A DNA stretch of 64,000 nucleotides from an uncultured Gammaproteobacteria bacterium (GCA_963729605.1 CAVSNY010000004.1:64001-128000); one strand, 5' to 3'; shown: positions 1 through 10,687, counted from the stretch's first letter. The notes: generated from the letters alone by a model not told the origin. Numbers and translations: made by a program.

Positions 1-107
1 CATCTTAATTCCATTCTTGCGACCGAGGCCCGTGTACTTCGCCGTCGCTTATCCGTCGAGCCTTGCCGTACCTGCGCGGCGTACGGGACACGGCGGGGGT
101 GATGGCC

Positions 108-416
108 ATGTCATCGGGTAAATCACTCGCGCGATTCATGTTGATTCTGGTCCTGCTGCCGCCTTGCCTGGCGCAGGCGGGCCATGGCGATCCCCTTCCG
201 AAAACCGACTTGGTCACCCATGAAACGGGCCAGCAGCGCGGCGTGCAGCGCGGCATCGCGGTCACCGGCGGTTGCGTCGGCGGCGCCGTGCTCGGTACGG
301 TGATTCCGATTTTTGGAAATTTGGTCGGTTGCGCGGCGGGGGGATTGGCGGGCTGGTGGTTCAGCCGGCGGCAAGGCCCGGACGGAACGGCGCCCCAGGT
401 CCAAGCCGCGCATTAG
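108..416 (+). CDS. Small secreted glycine-zipper protein (bacteriocin-like hydrophobic core)
   Basis: In-frame ATG at 108 within ORF 63..416. Sec signal peptide (SLARFMLILVLLPPCLAQA) is followed by the Gly-rich hydrophobic segment GIAVTGGCVGGAVLGTVIPIFGNLVGCAAGGLAGWW. Confidence 0.6.
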   Translation: MSSGKSLARFMLILVLLPPCLAQAGHGDPLPKTDLVTHETGQQRGVQRGIAVTGGCVGGAVLGTVIPIFGNLVGCAAGGLAGWWFSRRQGPDGTAPQVQAAH

Positions 417-447
417 CGGGACGCGCCTCCGTATTCCTGCATGACCA

Positions 448-1255
448 ATGAACATCAGCACCCGCATCACCGAATACAGCATCACCGGCGGTTTATTGTG
501 GGTGAATGTTTTTTTGTTCGCCACCCTGCTGAATCTTCAATTGAGCGGACAGACGATCAGCCCGGACCACGCCATGCGCCTGTGGGGCGATTGGATCCGC
601 GCCATGACGCCGCTCACTCAGTCTTTGGCCGGTCTGTCGCCTTCCTTGCAAGGTTCGATCGGCGCGCTGCTCGCCGCGCTGGCGATCGTCGTCATCTTTT
701 TCTCGGGCATCCTGCTCGATCTGCTCAGTCCCATGTTCTTCATCTCGTTCGAGATGCTGTTCTTTCAAAAATGGCTGATTTCCAAGAACCGTCCCTGGCT
801 GGACCGCTTGATCGCCGACAACCGCGATTTTATCGAGGAAGATTATCATTGTTTCATCAATACCAAGGCCTTCAACTGGCGGCGCCCGCTGGCATGGTTC
901 GAGCGGCGGCGTTGCTACAATAAATTATGGACGTTTTTACTTTCCCACATCATGGTCTTCTCCAATGCCGCCGGCTTGGATGAATTGATGGATCGCGTGC
1001 ATCTGTGGCGTACCAGCCGCGCCATTTCCACTTCCATGGTGGTGCTGGGCTGCCTGATGAATTTCACGCCCTTGGTCCATGCGCCCTTCGAGCACGATGC
1101 CACGTTGAATATCGCGCTCACCGCCGTGGGCGTCCCGCTGGTATTGTTCGCCGTCTCGGCGTTGATTACCCTCGGGCACCTATTCACGCATGTGTGTGGT
1201 GTTGTGCGCGCTGGCCTATGCCACGGTCAAAAAGCGCGCCAGCGAGGGCGGCTGA
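448..1255 (+). CDS. Hypothetical multi-pass membrane protein (apparent +1 frameshift near 1175)
   Basis: ORF 448..1371 has about 4 hydrophobic helices, then an implausible Arg/Gly tail. Removing one G from CTCGGGCACC (1171-1180) gives ITLGTYSRMCVVLCALAYATVKKRASEGG* with TGA at 1253-1255. Confidence 0.55.
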
Positions 1256-1410
1256 CGCCGGGCGGAGTTCGATCCCGGCCCGGGGTCGCCCGGCACCGGG
1301 GGTTTCGTACGGTGAGGGCCTGGGTCAGGGCGGGACGGGGGCAGAGCGTCGGCGGGCGCTTTTCGTTATAATGCACGCCTCTTTCAGTCCAGCCGCATGG
1401 GATACTTGTT

Positions 1411-2631
1411 ATGGCGCAATTGTCGGTTAAAAAAGTGGTGTTGGCCTATTCCGGTGGCCTGGATACCTCGGTGATCCTGAAGTGGCTGCAGGAAAACTAT
1501 GACTGCGAGGTGGTGACCTTCACCGCCGACATCGGTCAGGGCGAGGAGCTGGAGCCGGCCCGCGCCAAGGCCCAGCAGATGGGCGTCAAGGAAATCTACA
1601 TCGACGATCTGCGCGAGGAATTCGTGCGCGACTTCGTGTTCCCGATGTTCCGCGCCAACGCCATTTACGAAGGCGAGTACCTGCTGGGCACGTCGATCGC
1701 CCGGCCGCTGATCGCCAAGCGCCAGATCGAGATCGCCAAACAGGCGGGCGCCGACGCGGTATCCCACGGCGCCACCGGCAAGGGCAACGATCAGGTGCGC
1801 TTCGAACTCGGTGTATTACGCGCTCAAGCCGGATGTGCGGGTGATCGCGCCGTGGCGCGAATGGGATTTGACCTCGCGCGAGAAACTGCTGGCCTACGCC
1901 GAGCAGCACGGCATCCCGATCGAGAAGAAAAAAGGCCAGCGTTCGCCCTATTCCATGGACGCCAATCTGCTGCACATCTCCTACGAAGGCGGCGTGCTGG
2001 AAGACACCTGGACCGAGGCGGAGGACGGACATGTGGCGCTGGTCGGTGTCGCCGGAGGACGCGCCGGACAAGGCCGAATATATTGAACTGACGTATGCCA
2101 AGGGCGACATCGTCGCCATCAACGGCGAGGCCATGAGTCCCGCCAGCGTGCTGGCCACGCTCAACAAACTGGGCGGCGAACACGGCATCGGCCGCGCTCG
2201 ACATCGTCGAGAACCGCTACGTCGGCATGAAGTCGCGCGGCTGCTACGAGACGCCGGGCGGCACCATCATGCTGAAGGCCCATCGCGCCATCGAGTCGAT
2301 CACCCTCGACCGCGAAGTCGCGCATCTGAAAGACGAACTGATGCCGCGTTACGCCAGCTTGATCTACAACGGTTACTGGTGGAGCCCGGAGCGCCAGATG
2401 CTGCAACAGATGATCGACGCCTCGCAGGCGGCGGTGAACGGCGTGGTGCGTCTGAAGCTCTACAAGGGCAACGTCAGCGTCGCCGGCCGCAAGTCCGACG
2501 ACAGTCTGTTCGACGCCAATATCGCGACTTTCGAGGAAGACGCCGGCGCCTACAATCAGGCCGACGCCAGCGGCTTCATCAAACTCAACGCGCTGCGCAT
2601 GCGCATCGCGGCGAAGAAGGGGCGCAAGTAA
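1411..2631 (+). CDS. argG: Argininosuccinate synthase (interrupted by three single-base insertions, probably sequencing errors)
   Basis: [48 protein letters not shown] and [18 protein letters not shown] motifs are spread over ORFs 1411.., 1811.., 2031.. and 2227..2631. Extra bases lie near 1813, 2027 and 2195. Confidence 0.93.
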
Positions 2632-2640
2632 ATTTTTAAC

Positions 2641-2811
2641 GTAGGGTGAGTTAGCGTAGCCCGCCAACTTGCGCCGTCAGGCGCTCCTTATGAAGATGGA
2701 GTCGGGTCGCTGCGCGACGTTTGGCGGGTTACGGCGCGACCCTCGCCCCCTCCCGTGCGCGGGAGGGGGAATCGGTCAAGAGTGTATAGACGGCACCCTG
2801 ACTCACCCTGC
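2641..2811. repeat. GTAG-type REP-like inverted pair enclosing a CCCTC-type hairpin
   Basis: GTAGGGTGAGTTAG (2641) pairs with CTGACTCACCCTGC (2798-2811). CGTAGCCCGCCAA pairs with TTGGCGGGTTACG. An internal CCCCCTCCCG..CGGGAGGGGG hairpin lies at about 2746-2769. Confidence 0.55.
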
Positions 2812-2829
2812 ATTCGATAGGAGGAGAGT

Positions 2830-3213
2830 ATGCGCATATTGCACACCATGCTCCGGGTCGGCGATCTCGAGAGGTCGCTCAAGTTCTACACGGAAGTGCT
2901 GGGCATGAAACTGTTGCGCCGCCAGGATTATCCCGACGGCAAGTTCACGCTGGCCTTCGTCGGTTACGGCGCCGAGAGCGAACAGGCGGTGATCGAACTC
3001 ACCTATAACTGGGGCGTCGAAAAATACGAATTGGGCAACGCCTTCGGCCATATCGCGATCGGCGTGGCCGACATTCACCGCACCTGCAACGAGATCAAAC
3101 AGCGCGGCGGCAAGGTCACCCGCGAGCCCGGCCCCATGAAACACGGCAGCACGGTGATCGCGTTCGTCGAAGACCCCGACGGTTACAAACTCGAATTGAT
3201 TGAAGGGCGTTAG
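2830..3213 (+). CDS. gloA: Lactoylglutathione lyase (glyoxalase I)
   Basis: [31 protein letters not shown] and [12 protein letters not shown] motifs; GAGGAG RBS. Confidence 0.96.
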   Translation: MRILHTMLRVGDLERSLKFYTEVLGMKLLRRQDYPDGKFTLAFVGYGAESEQAVIELTYNWGVEKYELGNAFGHIAIGVADIHRTCNEIKQRGGKVTREPGPMKHGSTVIAFVEDPDGYKLELIEGR

Positions 3214-3367
3214 ACCTGTTTGCGGTGCGGCGAGCCGTCGTGAAAATATTGGCGGGTCATCGCGGCGTCCCCCTGTCTTCAAAAATATTGATGCGCGCCG
3301 GTGTGGCGAACTGCTATCGAAGCCGGATTCTTGTATCGATCTATCAGGTAATAAATGGGAAATAATC

Positions 3368-3784
3368 ATGACTAGAATGAACGCGGTTTGGCATTGGAAA
3401 GGCGTGGCGGCGGCGGGCATGCTGGCCGCATTGACGGCCTGCGCGGGGGGCATGTCGCAGACCTTTGCCTTGGGAAATTATCAAATCACCGTGGCGACCG
3501 ACCCTCGTCCGCCGCAGGTGGGCGAAGACGCGGAAGTGACGGTGCGATTCAAAAATTCTGATCAGGCCTTGGACGCCTGCCAACTGCATTTCCGGCAGTT
3601 CATGCCCGATCATGAAATGAGCGAGGACGATACCTGGCACGTCATGGAGCGGAGCGGCGATGTGTTCCGCGCGCGGGGCACTGAGTTCAGCATGGGCGGC
3701 GATTGGGAATTGGAGTTCAAACTGAGCTGCGGCGCCGACACCCGCCTGGTGAGCGTGCCTTATATATTGGAATGGCCCGAGTAA
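3368..3784 (+). CDS. Lipoprotein with YtkA/FixH-like Ig domain, putative metal-binding
   Basis: Lipobox LTAC. The FMPDHEMS and FSMGGDWEL motifs resemble YtkA-like domains. ATG at 3368 is in frame with ORF 3200..3784. Confidence 0.6.
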   Translation: MTRMNAVWHWKGVAAAGMLAALTACAGGMSQTFALGNYQITVATDPRPPQVGEDAEVTVRFKNSDQALDACQLHFRQFMPDHEMSEDDTWHVMERSGDVFRARGTEFSMGGDWELEFKLSCGADTRLVSVPYILEWPE

Positions 3785-3809
3785 ACCCGCCGGCGAAGGC
3801 GGTTGCGGC

Positions 3810-4340
3810 TCAGCGCCGCGCCGGATTCAAGGTCGCGTCCAGATTGAGCTGATCGCAGAAGCCGAGAAACTGTTCGCGCAGTTCGCCGGTGGCGAGATGA
3901 CTCGGCAGGCTGATGGTCATGGTCAGCGAGAACATGGTGGTGCCGGTGTGGGCGGCGGCGTAGGTGTCGGTAGCCAATTCCTCGATGTTGATCTGGCGCT
4001 CGGCGAAGAATTGGCTGACGTTGCGGACGATGCCCGGATGGTCCATGGCCACCACGGTGATTTGATAGGGCGCCATGCGGTGTTTGGCCGGCCGGGGCTG
4101 GGTGGCTTTGGCGATCAGGGTGAGGCCCAGGCTGGATTCCAAATCGGCCAAGCGGTTTTTGACGCGGTCGATGGTGTCCGCCTCGCCGTTGACCAGCAGC
4201 ATCAGCGCGAACTCACCGCCCAGTACCGCCATGCGGCTTTCCGCGATGTTGCAGCCGGCGTCCAGCAAGGCATTGGAGAGTTGATTGACGATGCCGGGCC
4301 GGTCTTTGCCCAGGGCGGAGATGACGAGATAGTCGGTCAT
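3810..4340 (-). CDS. gcvR: Glycine cleavage system transcriptional repressor (tandem ACT domains)
   Basis: YLVISALGKDRPGIV...GCNIAESRMAVLGGEFAL, then a second ACT domain with DHPGIV and INIEEL. Confidence 0.9.
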   Translation of the reverse strand: MTDYLVISALGKDRPGIVNQLSNALLDAGCNIAESRMAVLGGEFALMLLVNGEADTIDRVKNRLADLESSLGLTLIAKATQPRPAKHRMAPYQITVVAMDHPGIVRNVSQFFAERQINIEELATDTYAAAHTGTTMFSLTMTISLPSHLATGELREQFLGFCDQLNLDATLNPARR

Positions 4341-4700
4341 GCGGTGATCCTCATGGCGATGGTCGTGAATGGGTCTTCCATGAGCCTGCCATCGAATAGG
4401 CTGATCGAGCAGCCGGTCCTTCTCGCCTCGATGGAAGAGCGGAGATACGGGTCATTGCTAAATGAATGTTGCGTTGCTGAGGTCCGCGCGACATTGTGCG
4501 CCCGCGGCGGGGCGGGCTGTCAAGCGCGCGTCCGGGGCAGTGTTTGTGAGTCATCATCGAAGAGCGATCAAGGCCGAACCTTGCGCAGGCCTCGCGATTA
4601 GTTGCCGGTGCCGAGAGTGCCGTCGTCTCGGTGACGAAAGTCTTGCGGTCGGGTACGGCGTCGGTCCGTCTGGCGGACTTATTGAGTGAGCAGCAGCCAA

Positions 4701-5351
4701 ATGAGTGTTTCCGATAGGCCCGGGTTCAGCGGCGATTCTCGTCCCGCCGATCAATATGCCCGCATCGCCGACGACGTGGCCCGCCAGGGCTGGTCCGTGC
4801 AGGACGGGTTTCTGGACGAGGCCTTAACCGCCGCGCTCAAGGCCGAGGCCCTGCGTCTGCACGAGGCGGGGGCCTATCGTCGCGCTGGGGTGGGGCGGGG
4901 CGGACAGCTGCAAATCCGCCCGGAGCTGCGGGGCGATCGCATCGCCTGGCTGGACGGGGTGGAGACGGGCGAGGCCACTCGCCATTATCTGCGCGAGTTG
5001 GAGGCCTTGCGCCAGGCCTTGAACGGCAGCTTGTTTTTAGGCCTGTTCGACTTCGAGGGCCACTTGGCGGAATACCCGCCCGGCGCCTTTTACCGCCGGC
5101 ATCTGGATCAACATCACGACCGCGACGACCGGGTGGTGAGCTGCGTGCTCTATCTCAACCGCGATTGGCTGCCCGGCGATGGCGGCGAATTGCGCTTGTA
5201 TCTGCCGGATGACGCCGTGGGCCAGCGCGACATCGCGCCGCGGGCCGGCACCTTGGTGTGTTTTCTCAGCGACGTCTTCGAACACGAGGTGTTGCCCGCG
5301 CGAAGAAGCCGTCATAGCCTCACCGGCTGGTTCCGCCGCCGCGCCTTGTAA
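4701..5351 (+). CDS. 2OG-Fe(II) oxygenase (SM-20/prolyl 4-hydroxylase-like)
   Basis: RGDRIAW, YPPGAFYRRHLD (HxD), VLYLNRDW, GGELRL, HEVLP and RHSLTGW motifs. Confidence 0.9.
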   Translation: MSVSDRPGFSGDSRPADQYARIADDVARQGWSVQDGFLDEALTAALKAEALRLHEAGAYRRAGVGRGGQLQIRPELRGDRIAWLDGVETGEATRHYLRELEALRQALNGSLFLGLFDFEGHLAEYPPGAFYRRHLDQHHDRDDRVVSCVLYLNRDWLPGDGGELRLYLPDDAVGQRDIAPRAGTLVCFLSDVFEHEVLPARRSRHSLTGWFRRRAL

Positions 5352-5444
5352 CGGAATTCGCGAAGGGCGGCGCGGTGTCGAGCGGGCCGGCGGTTTGTGA
5401 TAGGGTGGTAGCGATCACGTTCGTCATTGGGGAGGTGTCCGTCC

Positions 5445-5885
5445 ATGATGGCTTGTCCGTTATGCAACCCGGGTTTGGAGGTCGTTTTGTGGCGCGATGA
5501 ACAATGCCGGGTGATCCTCGCCGGCAGCGCCGAGCATCCGGCCTTTTGCCGGGTGGTGTGGCATGCCCATGTCAGTGAGATGACCGACCTGCCGCCGGGG
5601 CGACGCGCGAGTTTGATGAACATAGTGTGGGCGGTAGAGGCGGCGCAGCGCGAATTACTGCGGCCGCGTAAGATCAATCTCGCCTCCCTCGGCAATCAAG
5701 TGCCGCATCTGCATTGGCACGTCATCCCCCGTTTCGAAGACGACGCCCATTTTCCCGATTCGGTGTGGTCGCCGTCGCGGCGCGCCGGTGTCCCTCATGA
5801 GGTGGATGCGGCCCGGCTCGCCGCGCTGTTGAGCGGTTTGCTCCAGCAGAGTTTGGGTCAGGGACGGCCCGATCTGGAATTGTGA
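5445..5885 (+). CDS. HIT family hydrolase
   Basis: N-terminal CPLC; KINLASLGNQVPHLHWHVIPRF histidine triad. Confidence 0.92.
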   Translation: MMACPLCNPGLEVVLWRDEQCRVILAGSAEHPAFCRVVWHAHVSEMTDLPPGRRASLMNIVWAVEAAQRELLRPRKINLASLGNQVPHLHWHVIPRFEDDAHFPDSVWSPSRRAGVPHEVDAARLAALLSGLLQQSLGQGRPDLEL

Positions 5886-5990
5886 GGCGGGCTCACTGGT
5901 ATCCGAACGACGGATTTGAGCCGCCAAGACGTCAAGAAATCTCCCTGGTCGAAAAAGCGTGGCGTTCTTGGCAGCGTGGCGGCGCCCTAT

Positions 5991-6449
5991 TTATTTATAA
6001 ACCCGATCGCCGTGGCGGATCCAGCCGCCCGCCCGCCGTCCCCGGGGATCGTGATGGGTCCAGTGCACGACGCCGCCGCGTTCGTTCCATTCATATTCGC
6101 CGCGCAGGCTCACCTCGTCACCCGTCTTCAAGGCGTCGATGCGCGGCGCGAGATCGATGTTGTGACTCACCAACAAGGTTTGCCCCGAGCCGAGGCGAAG
6201 AATGAAGCGCTGATGGCGCGAACCTCGCGTGTCGTCGGGCAGGAGTTTGATCACCGTGCCGCGGGTCTCCACCTCGATATCGGAACGCCGTTCGCGAAAG
6301 GCGGCGGCGATCGCCGCGTCGCCGTCGATCGCGACCAGCGACGTGGCGGGTTGCGTCGATTGAGCCGTATCGCTATTGGTCGAGGCGAAGTAAAACGACG
6401 CGGCGGCGAGCAATAGCGCGGAGAGGATCGTGGTGATTTTCCTGTTCAT
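5991..6449 (-). CDS. DUF3465 family protein
   Basis: Signal or anchor helix, followed by LLPDDTRGSRHQRFIL, HNIDLAPRI and GEYEWNERGGVVHWTHHDP. Confidence 0.85.
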   Translation of the reverse strand: MNRKITTILSALLLAAASFYFASTNSDTAQSTQPATSLVAIDGDAAIAAAFRERRSDIEVETRGTVIKLLPDDTRGSRHQRFILRLGSGQTLLVSHNIDLAPRIDALKTGDEVSLRGEYEWNERGGVVHWTHHDPRGRRAGGWIRHGDRVYK

Positions 6450-6471
6450 GAGGGCGCGATTCGCAAGCGTG

Positions 6472-6900
6472 CTAAACCTGTTTCTTTAAACATTCGAGAT
6501 AGGCCGCCTCATCGGGCAGGGCATTATTGCGCTGGGCGGTCCAGATCGCCTCGGCCATGCACTCGGCGACGCGGTGGTCGGTGTCATGGGCGTCGCCGCT
6601 GCGGGCCGCGAGGGTTTGATACAGGGCGCGGATGCCGGCCGGCCGGTCGGCGGCGATTTGTTCCTGCACGGCGATGTGCAAACCCAGATGCAGAAACGGA
6701 TTGGATTGTCCCATCTCGGGGGTGTAGTCCTTGTCGTGCAGGGCCTGCGGGTCGTCGAACAAGGCGTGATATTCCGGGTGGGCCTTGATGGCCTGGGCGA
6801 TCAATTGCTCCAGGGGTTGCATGGGCTGGTCTTCGCGGAATTTCCGCCAGCTGTCGATGAACATTTGTCGGAGTTCGTCGCGGTTTTGGGAAAAGAACAT
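6472..6900 (-). CDS. DUF1841 family protein
   Basis: HPEYH, DYTPEMGQSNPFLHLGLH, EQIAADRPAGIR and YLECL motifs; usual neighbour of nth. Confidence 0.88.
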   Translation of the reverse strand: MFFSQNRDELRQMFIDSWRKFREDQPMQPLEQLIAQAIKAHPEYHALFDDPQALHDKDYTPEMGQSNPFLHLGLHIAVQEQIAADRPAGIRALYQTLAARSGDAHDTDHRVAECMAEAIWTAQRNNALPDEAAYLECLKKQV

Positions 6901-6918
6901 AAGAACCTCGCTGCTGGG

Positions 6919-7554
6919 TTAGCCCGGGGTCTTGTCGCGGTATTCGCAGAGATCGCGCACCACGCAGACGGGGCATTTCGGTTTGCGGGCGACGCACACG
7001 TAACGGCCGTGCAGGATCAGCCAGTGATGGGCGTCGAGTTTGAATTCATCGGGGACGTTCTTCAATAAATTTTTTTCCACCGCCAGCGGCGTGGTTCCGC
7101 GCGCCAGGCCGAGCCGGTTGGCGACGCGGAAAATATGGGTGTCCACCGCGATGGTGGGCTGGCCGAAGGCGGTGTTGAGTATGACGTTGGCGGTCTTGCG
7201 GCCGACACCGGGCAGGGCCTCCAGCGCCTCGCGGGTATCGGGCACTTGGCCGTCATGCCGTTCCACCAGGATGCGGCAGGTGGCCATGATGTTTTTGGCC
7301 TTGGCGTTGAACAGGCCGATGGTCTTGACGTGTTCTTTCAAGCCCGTTTCGCCTAATTTTAAAATCGCCGCGGGTGTGTTGGCGACCTTGAATAATTTTT
7401 CGGTGGCCTTGTTGACGCCTTTGTCGGTGGCCTGCGCCGAGAGGATGACGGCGATCAGTAGTTCGAAAGGCGTGTGGTAGTTCAATTCCGTGGTCGGCTT
7501 GGGATTGGCCGCTTTGAAGCGTTCGAAGAGCAGCTGGCGTTTTTTCGGCGTCAT
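6919..7554 (-). CDS. nth: Endonuclease III
   Basis: LSAQATDKGVNKAT, HhH motif LPGVGRKTANV, VDTHIFRV and 4Fe-4S motif CVARKPKCPVCVVRDLC. Confidence 0.97.
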   Translation of the reverse strand: MTPKKRQLLFERFKAANPKPTTELNYHTPFELLIAVILSAQATDKGVNKATEKLFKVANTPAAILKLGETGLKEHVKTIGLFNAKAKNIMATCRILVERHDGQVPDTREALEALPGVGRKTANVILNTAFGQPTIAVDTHIFRVANRLGLARGTTPLAVEKNLLKNVPDEFKLDAHHWLILHGRYVCVARKPKCPVCVVRDLCEYRDKTPG

Positions 7555-7659
7555 GAATTTAATCGTATGGAGGTTGGGTCGGTGCGGCGCCGGATGAAAG
7601 CCGTGGGTTATTGTAAGCGGTGCGCCACCGTTCTGACCATCGCGGCCGGGGTTCGCGGG

Positions 7660-8478
7660 TCAGTGATCGGCGCGCGTCTGGCCGTCATTCCGCAGCGGGG
7701 CCCGCGTCACGGCGTTTTCTCTGCCGGCGCGTTTGATGCGCGCGCGTTCGATGGCGGCACGTATCTCGGTTTGCGAGGGGCGGGCGGGAACCGGCAGGGT
7801 GTCCGCGGCGGCCGGCGGGGCGGTATTGGTTTTGGGCCGTTGCCAGCGCGCGGCCCGTTCCTGTTTTTCGCGTGCCAGGCGTTGCAGGCGCGCTTGATGG
7901 CGGCGGCGCGCCAAGCCCGTCTGTTCACTCAATCGGCTTGGCGCGCGGCGATACCACATGAGCCGTGGCCGGGCCGCGCTTGCGGCGGGCGGCGTCGCCG
8001 GGACCATGCGGATGCAATCGACCGGACAGGGCGCCACGCACAATTCGCAACCGGTGCATTCTTGGGCGATGACGGTGTGCATCTGTTTGGTCGCGCCGAG
8101 GATGGCGTCCACCGGACAGGCGAGGATGCACAAGGTGCAGCCGATACAGGTCTGTTCATCGATGATGGCGACGGTCTGCTCCAGCTGCACGGGACCATGG
8201 GCCGGATTGAGCGGTTTGGCGGGCACGCCCAGCAGTTTGGCGAGGGCGCGGACCCCGGCCTCGCCGCCCGGCGGGCATTGATTGATGTCCGCCTCGCCGC
8301 GGAGCAGGGCCTCGGCGTAGGGCCGGCAACCGGGGTAGTTGCAGCGGGTGCATTGGGTCTGCGGCAGCACGGCGTCGAGGTCGTCCACCGTCGGCCGGGG
8401 TTTGGAGCGTGAAACACGGCGGACCGCCGCCGCCAGGAGCAGTGCCGATAGCGAGAAGGCGATGATCGCGGTGAGCAT
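7660..8478 (-). CDS. rnfB: Stand-alone RnfB/RsxB-like ferredoxin (electron transport complex B subunit homolog)
   Basis: N-terminal anchor, [42 protein letters not shown] and [16 protein letters not shown]. Confidence 0.85.
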   Translation of the reverse strand: MLTAIIAFSLSALLLAAAVRRVSRSKPRPTVDDLDAVLPQTQCTRCNYPGCRPYAEALLRGEADINQCPPGGEAGVRALAKLLGVPAKPLNPAHGPVQLEQTVAIIDEQTCIGCTLCILACPVDAILGATKQMHTVIAQECTGCELCVAPCPVDCIRMVPATPPAASAARPRLMWYRRAPSRLSEQTGLARRRHQARLQRLAREKQERAARWQRPKTNTAPPAAADTLPVPARPSQTEIRAAIERARIKRAGRENAVTRAPLRNDGQTRADH

Positions 8479-8537
8479 GGCGGTGTTATCGAGTGAAGGG
8501 GCCCAAGCGTCCCATGGCGAAGTCCGGCATCATGCGC

Positions 8538-10571
8538 TTATTTCAGACGCAGGCCGGGTTGGGCGCCAGCGTCGGGTTCGAGCAGCCACAGCTCTTTACC
8601 GCCCGGACCCGCGGCGAGCACCATGCCTTCCGAGACGCCGAAGCGCATTTTGCGCGGCGCGAGATTGGCCACCACCACGGTGAGTTTGCCGACTAACTGT
8701 TCGGCGGAATACGCCGATTTGATGCCGGCGAAGACGTTGCGCCGTTCGCCGCCGAGATCGACCGTCAGGCGCAATAATTTATCGGCCTCGGGCACGGCCT
8801 CGGCGGCGACGATGCGGGCGATACGCAGGTCGATCTTGGCGAAGTCGTCGTAACTGATGATCGCTTGAATAGGGTCTTGCGCCAAAGGGCCACTTGCCGG
8901 GACGGCCGGCGCCGTGGTTTGCAAATTTTCTTTGGAGGCATCGAGCATGGCGTTTACCTGAGTGGATTCGACGCGGGTCATCAGCGCCTGATAAGGCGCG
9001 ATGGTGTGCGCCAGCAAAGGCGTGCGCGGGCTGTCCCAGTGCAGTTCGCCGCCTTGCAGGAAGCTTTCGGCCAGCGCGGCGGTGCGCGGCAGGACCGGTT
9101 TCAAATAGGTGATCAGCACCCGGAATAAATTGACGCCCAGGCTGCACACCGCGTGCAGTTCCTGTTCGCGCTCGGGATCCTTGGCGATTTGCCAGGGTTT
9201 TTTCTCGTCGATGTATTGGTTGGCGCGATCGGCGAGGGCCATGATTTCCCGCACCGCGCGGCTGTAGTCGCGGTTTTCAAAACCGGCGGCGATGGATTCG
9301 CCGGCGTTGACGAATTCCTGATACAAGATTTGGTCGGGACACTCGGCGGCCAACCGTCCTTCAAATCGTTTGCTGATGAAGCCCGCGCAACGGCTGGCGA
9401 TGTTGACGACCTTGCCTACCAGATCGGCGTTGACGCGTTGGGCGAAGTCGTCGAGGTTGAGGTCGAGGTCATCGACGCCGCCGCTCAATTTGGCGGCGAA
9501 GTAGTAACGCAGATATTCCGGGTTGAGATGGTCGAGATAGCTGCGGGCCTTGATGAAGGTGCCGCGGGATTTCGACATCTTCTGGCCGTTCACCGTGAGA
9601 AAGCCGTGGGCGAAGATCGCGGTGGGCGTGCGGAAGCCCGCGCCTTCCAGCATCGCCGGCCAGAACAAGGCGTGGAAGTAGACGATGTCCTTGCCGATGA
9701 AATGATAGAGTTCCGCGCCGCTGTCCTTTTGCCAGTAGGCGTCGAACGACAGGCCGCTGCGCGCGCAATAGGCCTTGAAGCTGGCCATGTAACCGATGGG
9801 AGCGTCCAGCCACACATAAAAATATTTGCCTTCGGCGCCGGGGATCTCGAAGCCGAAATAGGGTGCGTCGCGCGAGATGTCCCATTCCTGCAAGCCGGCC
9901 TCGAACCATTCGTCGAGTTTGTTGGCGACCTCGGGCTGGAGGTGGCCGCCGCGGGTCCAGTCCCGCAGCATGTCGGTGAAATCGTTGAGCTTGAAGAAAT
10001 AATGCAGCGATTCTTTTTCGATGGGACGGGCGCCGGACAAGACCGAGACCGCATTCTTCAAATCGGAAGGCGAATAAGTGGCGCCGCACACCTCGCAACT
10101 GTCGCCGTATTGATCCGCCGCGCCGCAGCGCGGACATTCGCCTTTGATGAAACGATCCGGCAGAAACATCTGTTTTTCCGGATCGAAGGCCTGGGTGATG
10201 GTCCGCGTGCTGATGTGGCCGGCCTCACGCAGGCGCTGATAAATCAACGTCGCCAGTTCGCGATTTTCCGGCGAGTGGGTGCTGTGGTAATGGTCGAAGG
10301 CGATGGCGAAGCCGGCGAAATCGGCGCGGTGCTCCTCGCCGATGCGCGCGATCAAGACTTCGGGCGTAATGTCTTCTTGCCGCGCGCGCAACATGATCGG
10401 CGTGCCGTGGGCGTCATCGGCGCAGACGTAGTGGCATTCATGCCCCCGCATCTTTTGAAAGCGCACCCAAATGTCGGTTTGAATGTATTCGACCAGATGG
10501 CCCAGATGAATGGGGCCATTGGCGTAGGGCAGGGCGCTGGTGACGAGAATGGTGCGGCGTGTGGCGTCCAT
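8538..10571 (-). CDS. metG: Methionine--tRNA ligase
   Basis: [13 protein letters not shown] (HIGH-type), Zn knuckles, KMSKS and a C-terminal tRNA-binding domain. Confidence 0.98.
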   Translation of the reverse strand: MDATRRTILVTSALPYANGPIHLGHLVEYIQTDIWVRFQKMRGHECHYVCADDAHGTPIMLRARQEDITPEVLIARIGEEHRADFAGFAIAFDHYHSTHSPENRELATLIYQRLREAGHISTRTITQAFDPEKQMFLPDRFIKGECPRCGAADQYGDSCEVCGATYSPSDLKNAVSVLSGARPIEKESLHYFFKLNDFTDMLRDWTRGGHLQPEVANKLDEWFEAGLQEWDISRDAPYFGFEIPGAEGKYFYVWLDAPIGYMASFKAYCARSGLSFDAYWQKDSGAELYHFIGKDIVYFHALFWPAMLEGAGFRTPTAIFAHGFLTVNGQKMSKSRGTFIKARSYLDHLNPEYLRYYFAAKLSGGVDDLDLNLDDFAQRVNADLVGKVVNIASRCAGFISKRFEGRLAAECPDQILYQEFVNAGESIAAGFENRDYSRAVREIMALADRANQYIDEKKPWQIAKDPEREQELHAVCSLGVNLFRVLITYLKPVLPRTAALAESFLQGGELHWDSPRTPLLAHTIAPYQALMTRVESTQVNAMLDASKENLQTTAPAVPASGPLAQDPIQAIISYDDFAKIDLRIARIVAAEAVPEADKLLRLTVDLGGERRNVFAGIKSAYSAEQLVGKLTVVVANLAPRKMRFGVSEGMVLAAGPGGKELWLLEPDAGAQPGLRLK

Positions 10572-10661
10572 ATGCTTTCGCGTTATCCCGAATGACAAAA
10601 AGGGAAATTATAGCTCAAGCAGGGAGGTTTGACGGCCAGTAAATGCGTGAGGGGTAACGAT

Positions 10662-10687
10662 AAAAGTAAAAGGGGCGAACCGCCCCT
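10662..10687 (-). terminator. Rho-independent terminator of the 10701..11621 gene
   Basis: Minus strand reads AGGGGCG-GTT-CGCCCCT followed by TTTACTTTT, just after the stop codon. Confidence 0.75.

Noticed and set aside
1411-2631. Programmed ribosomal frameshifting in argG
   Set aside because: No slippery heptamers at the three sites. Several scattered indels nearby point to consensus error.
4341-4700. Small genes or ncRNA between gcvR and the 2OG oxygenase
   Set aside because: The short ORFs lack an RBS or motifs, and I could not recognise any RNA family.
7660-8478. Complete Rnf complex operon
   Set aside because: Only the B-subunit homolog is present. A lone rnfB-like gene between metG and nth is a common arrangement.
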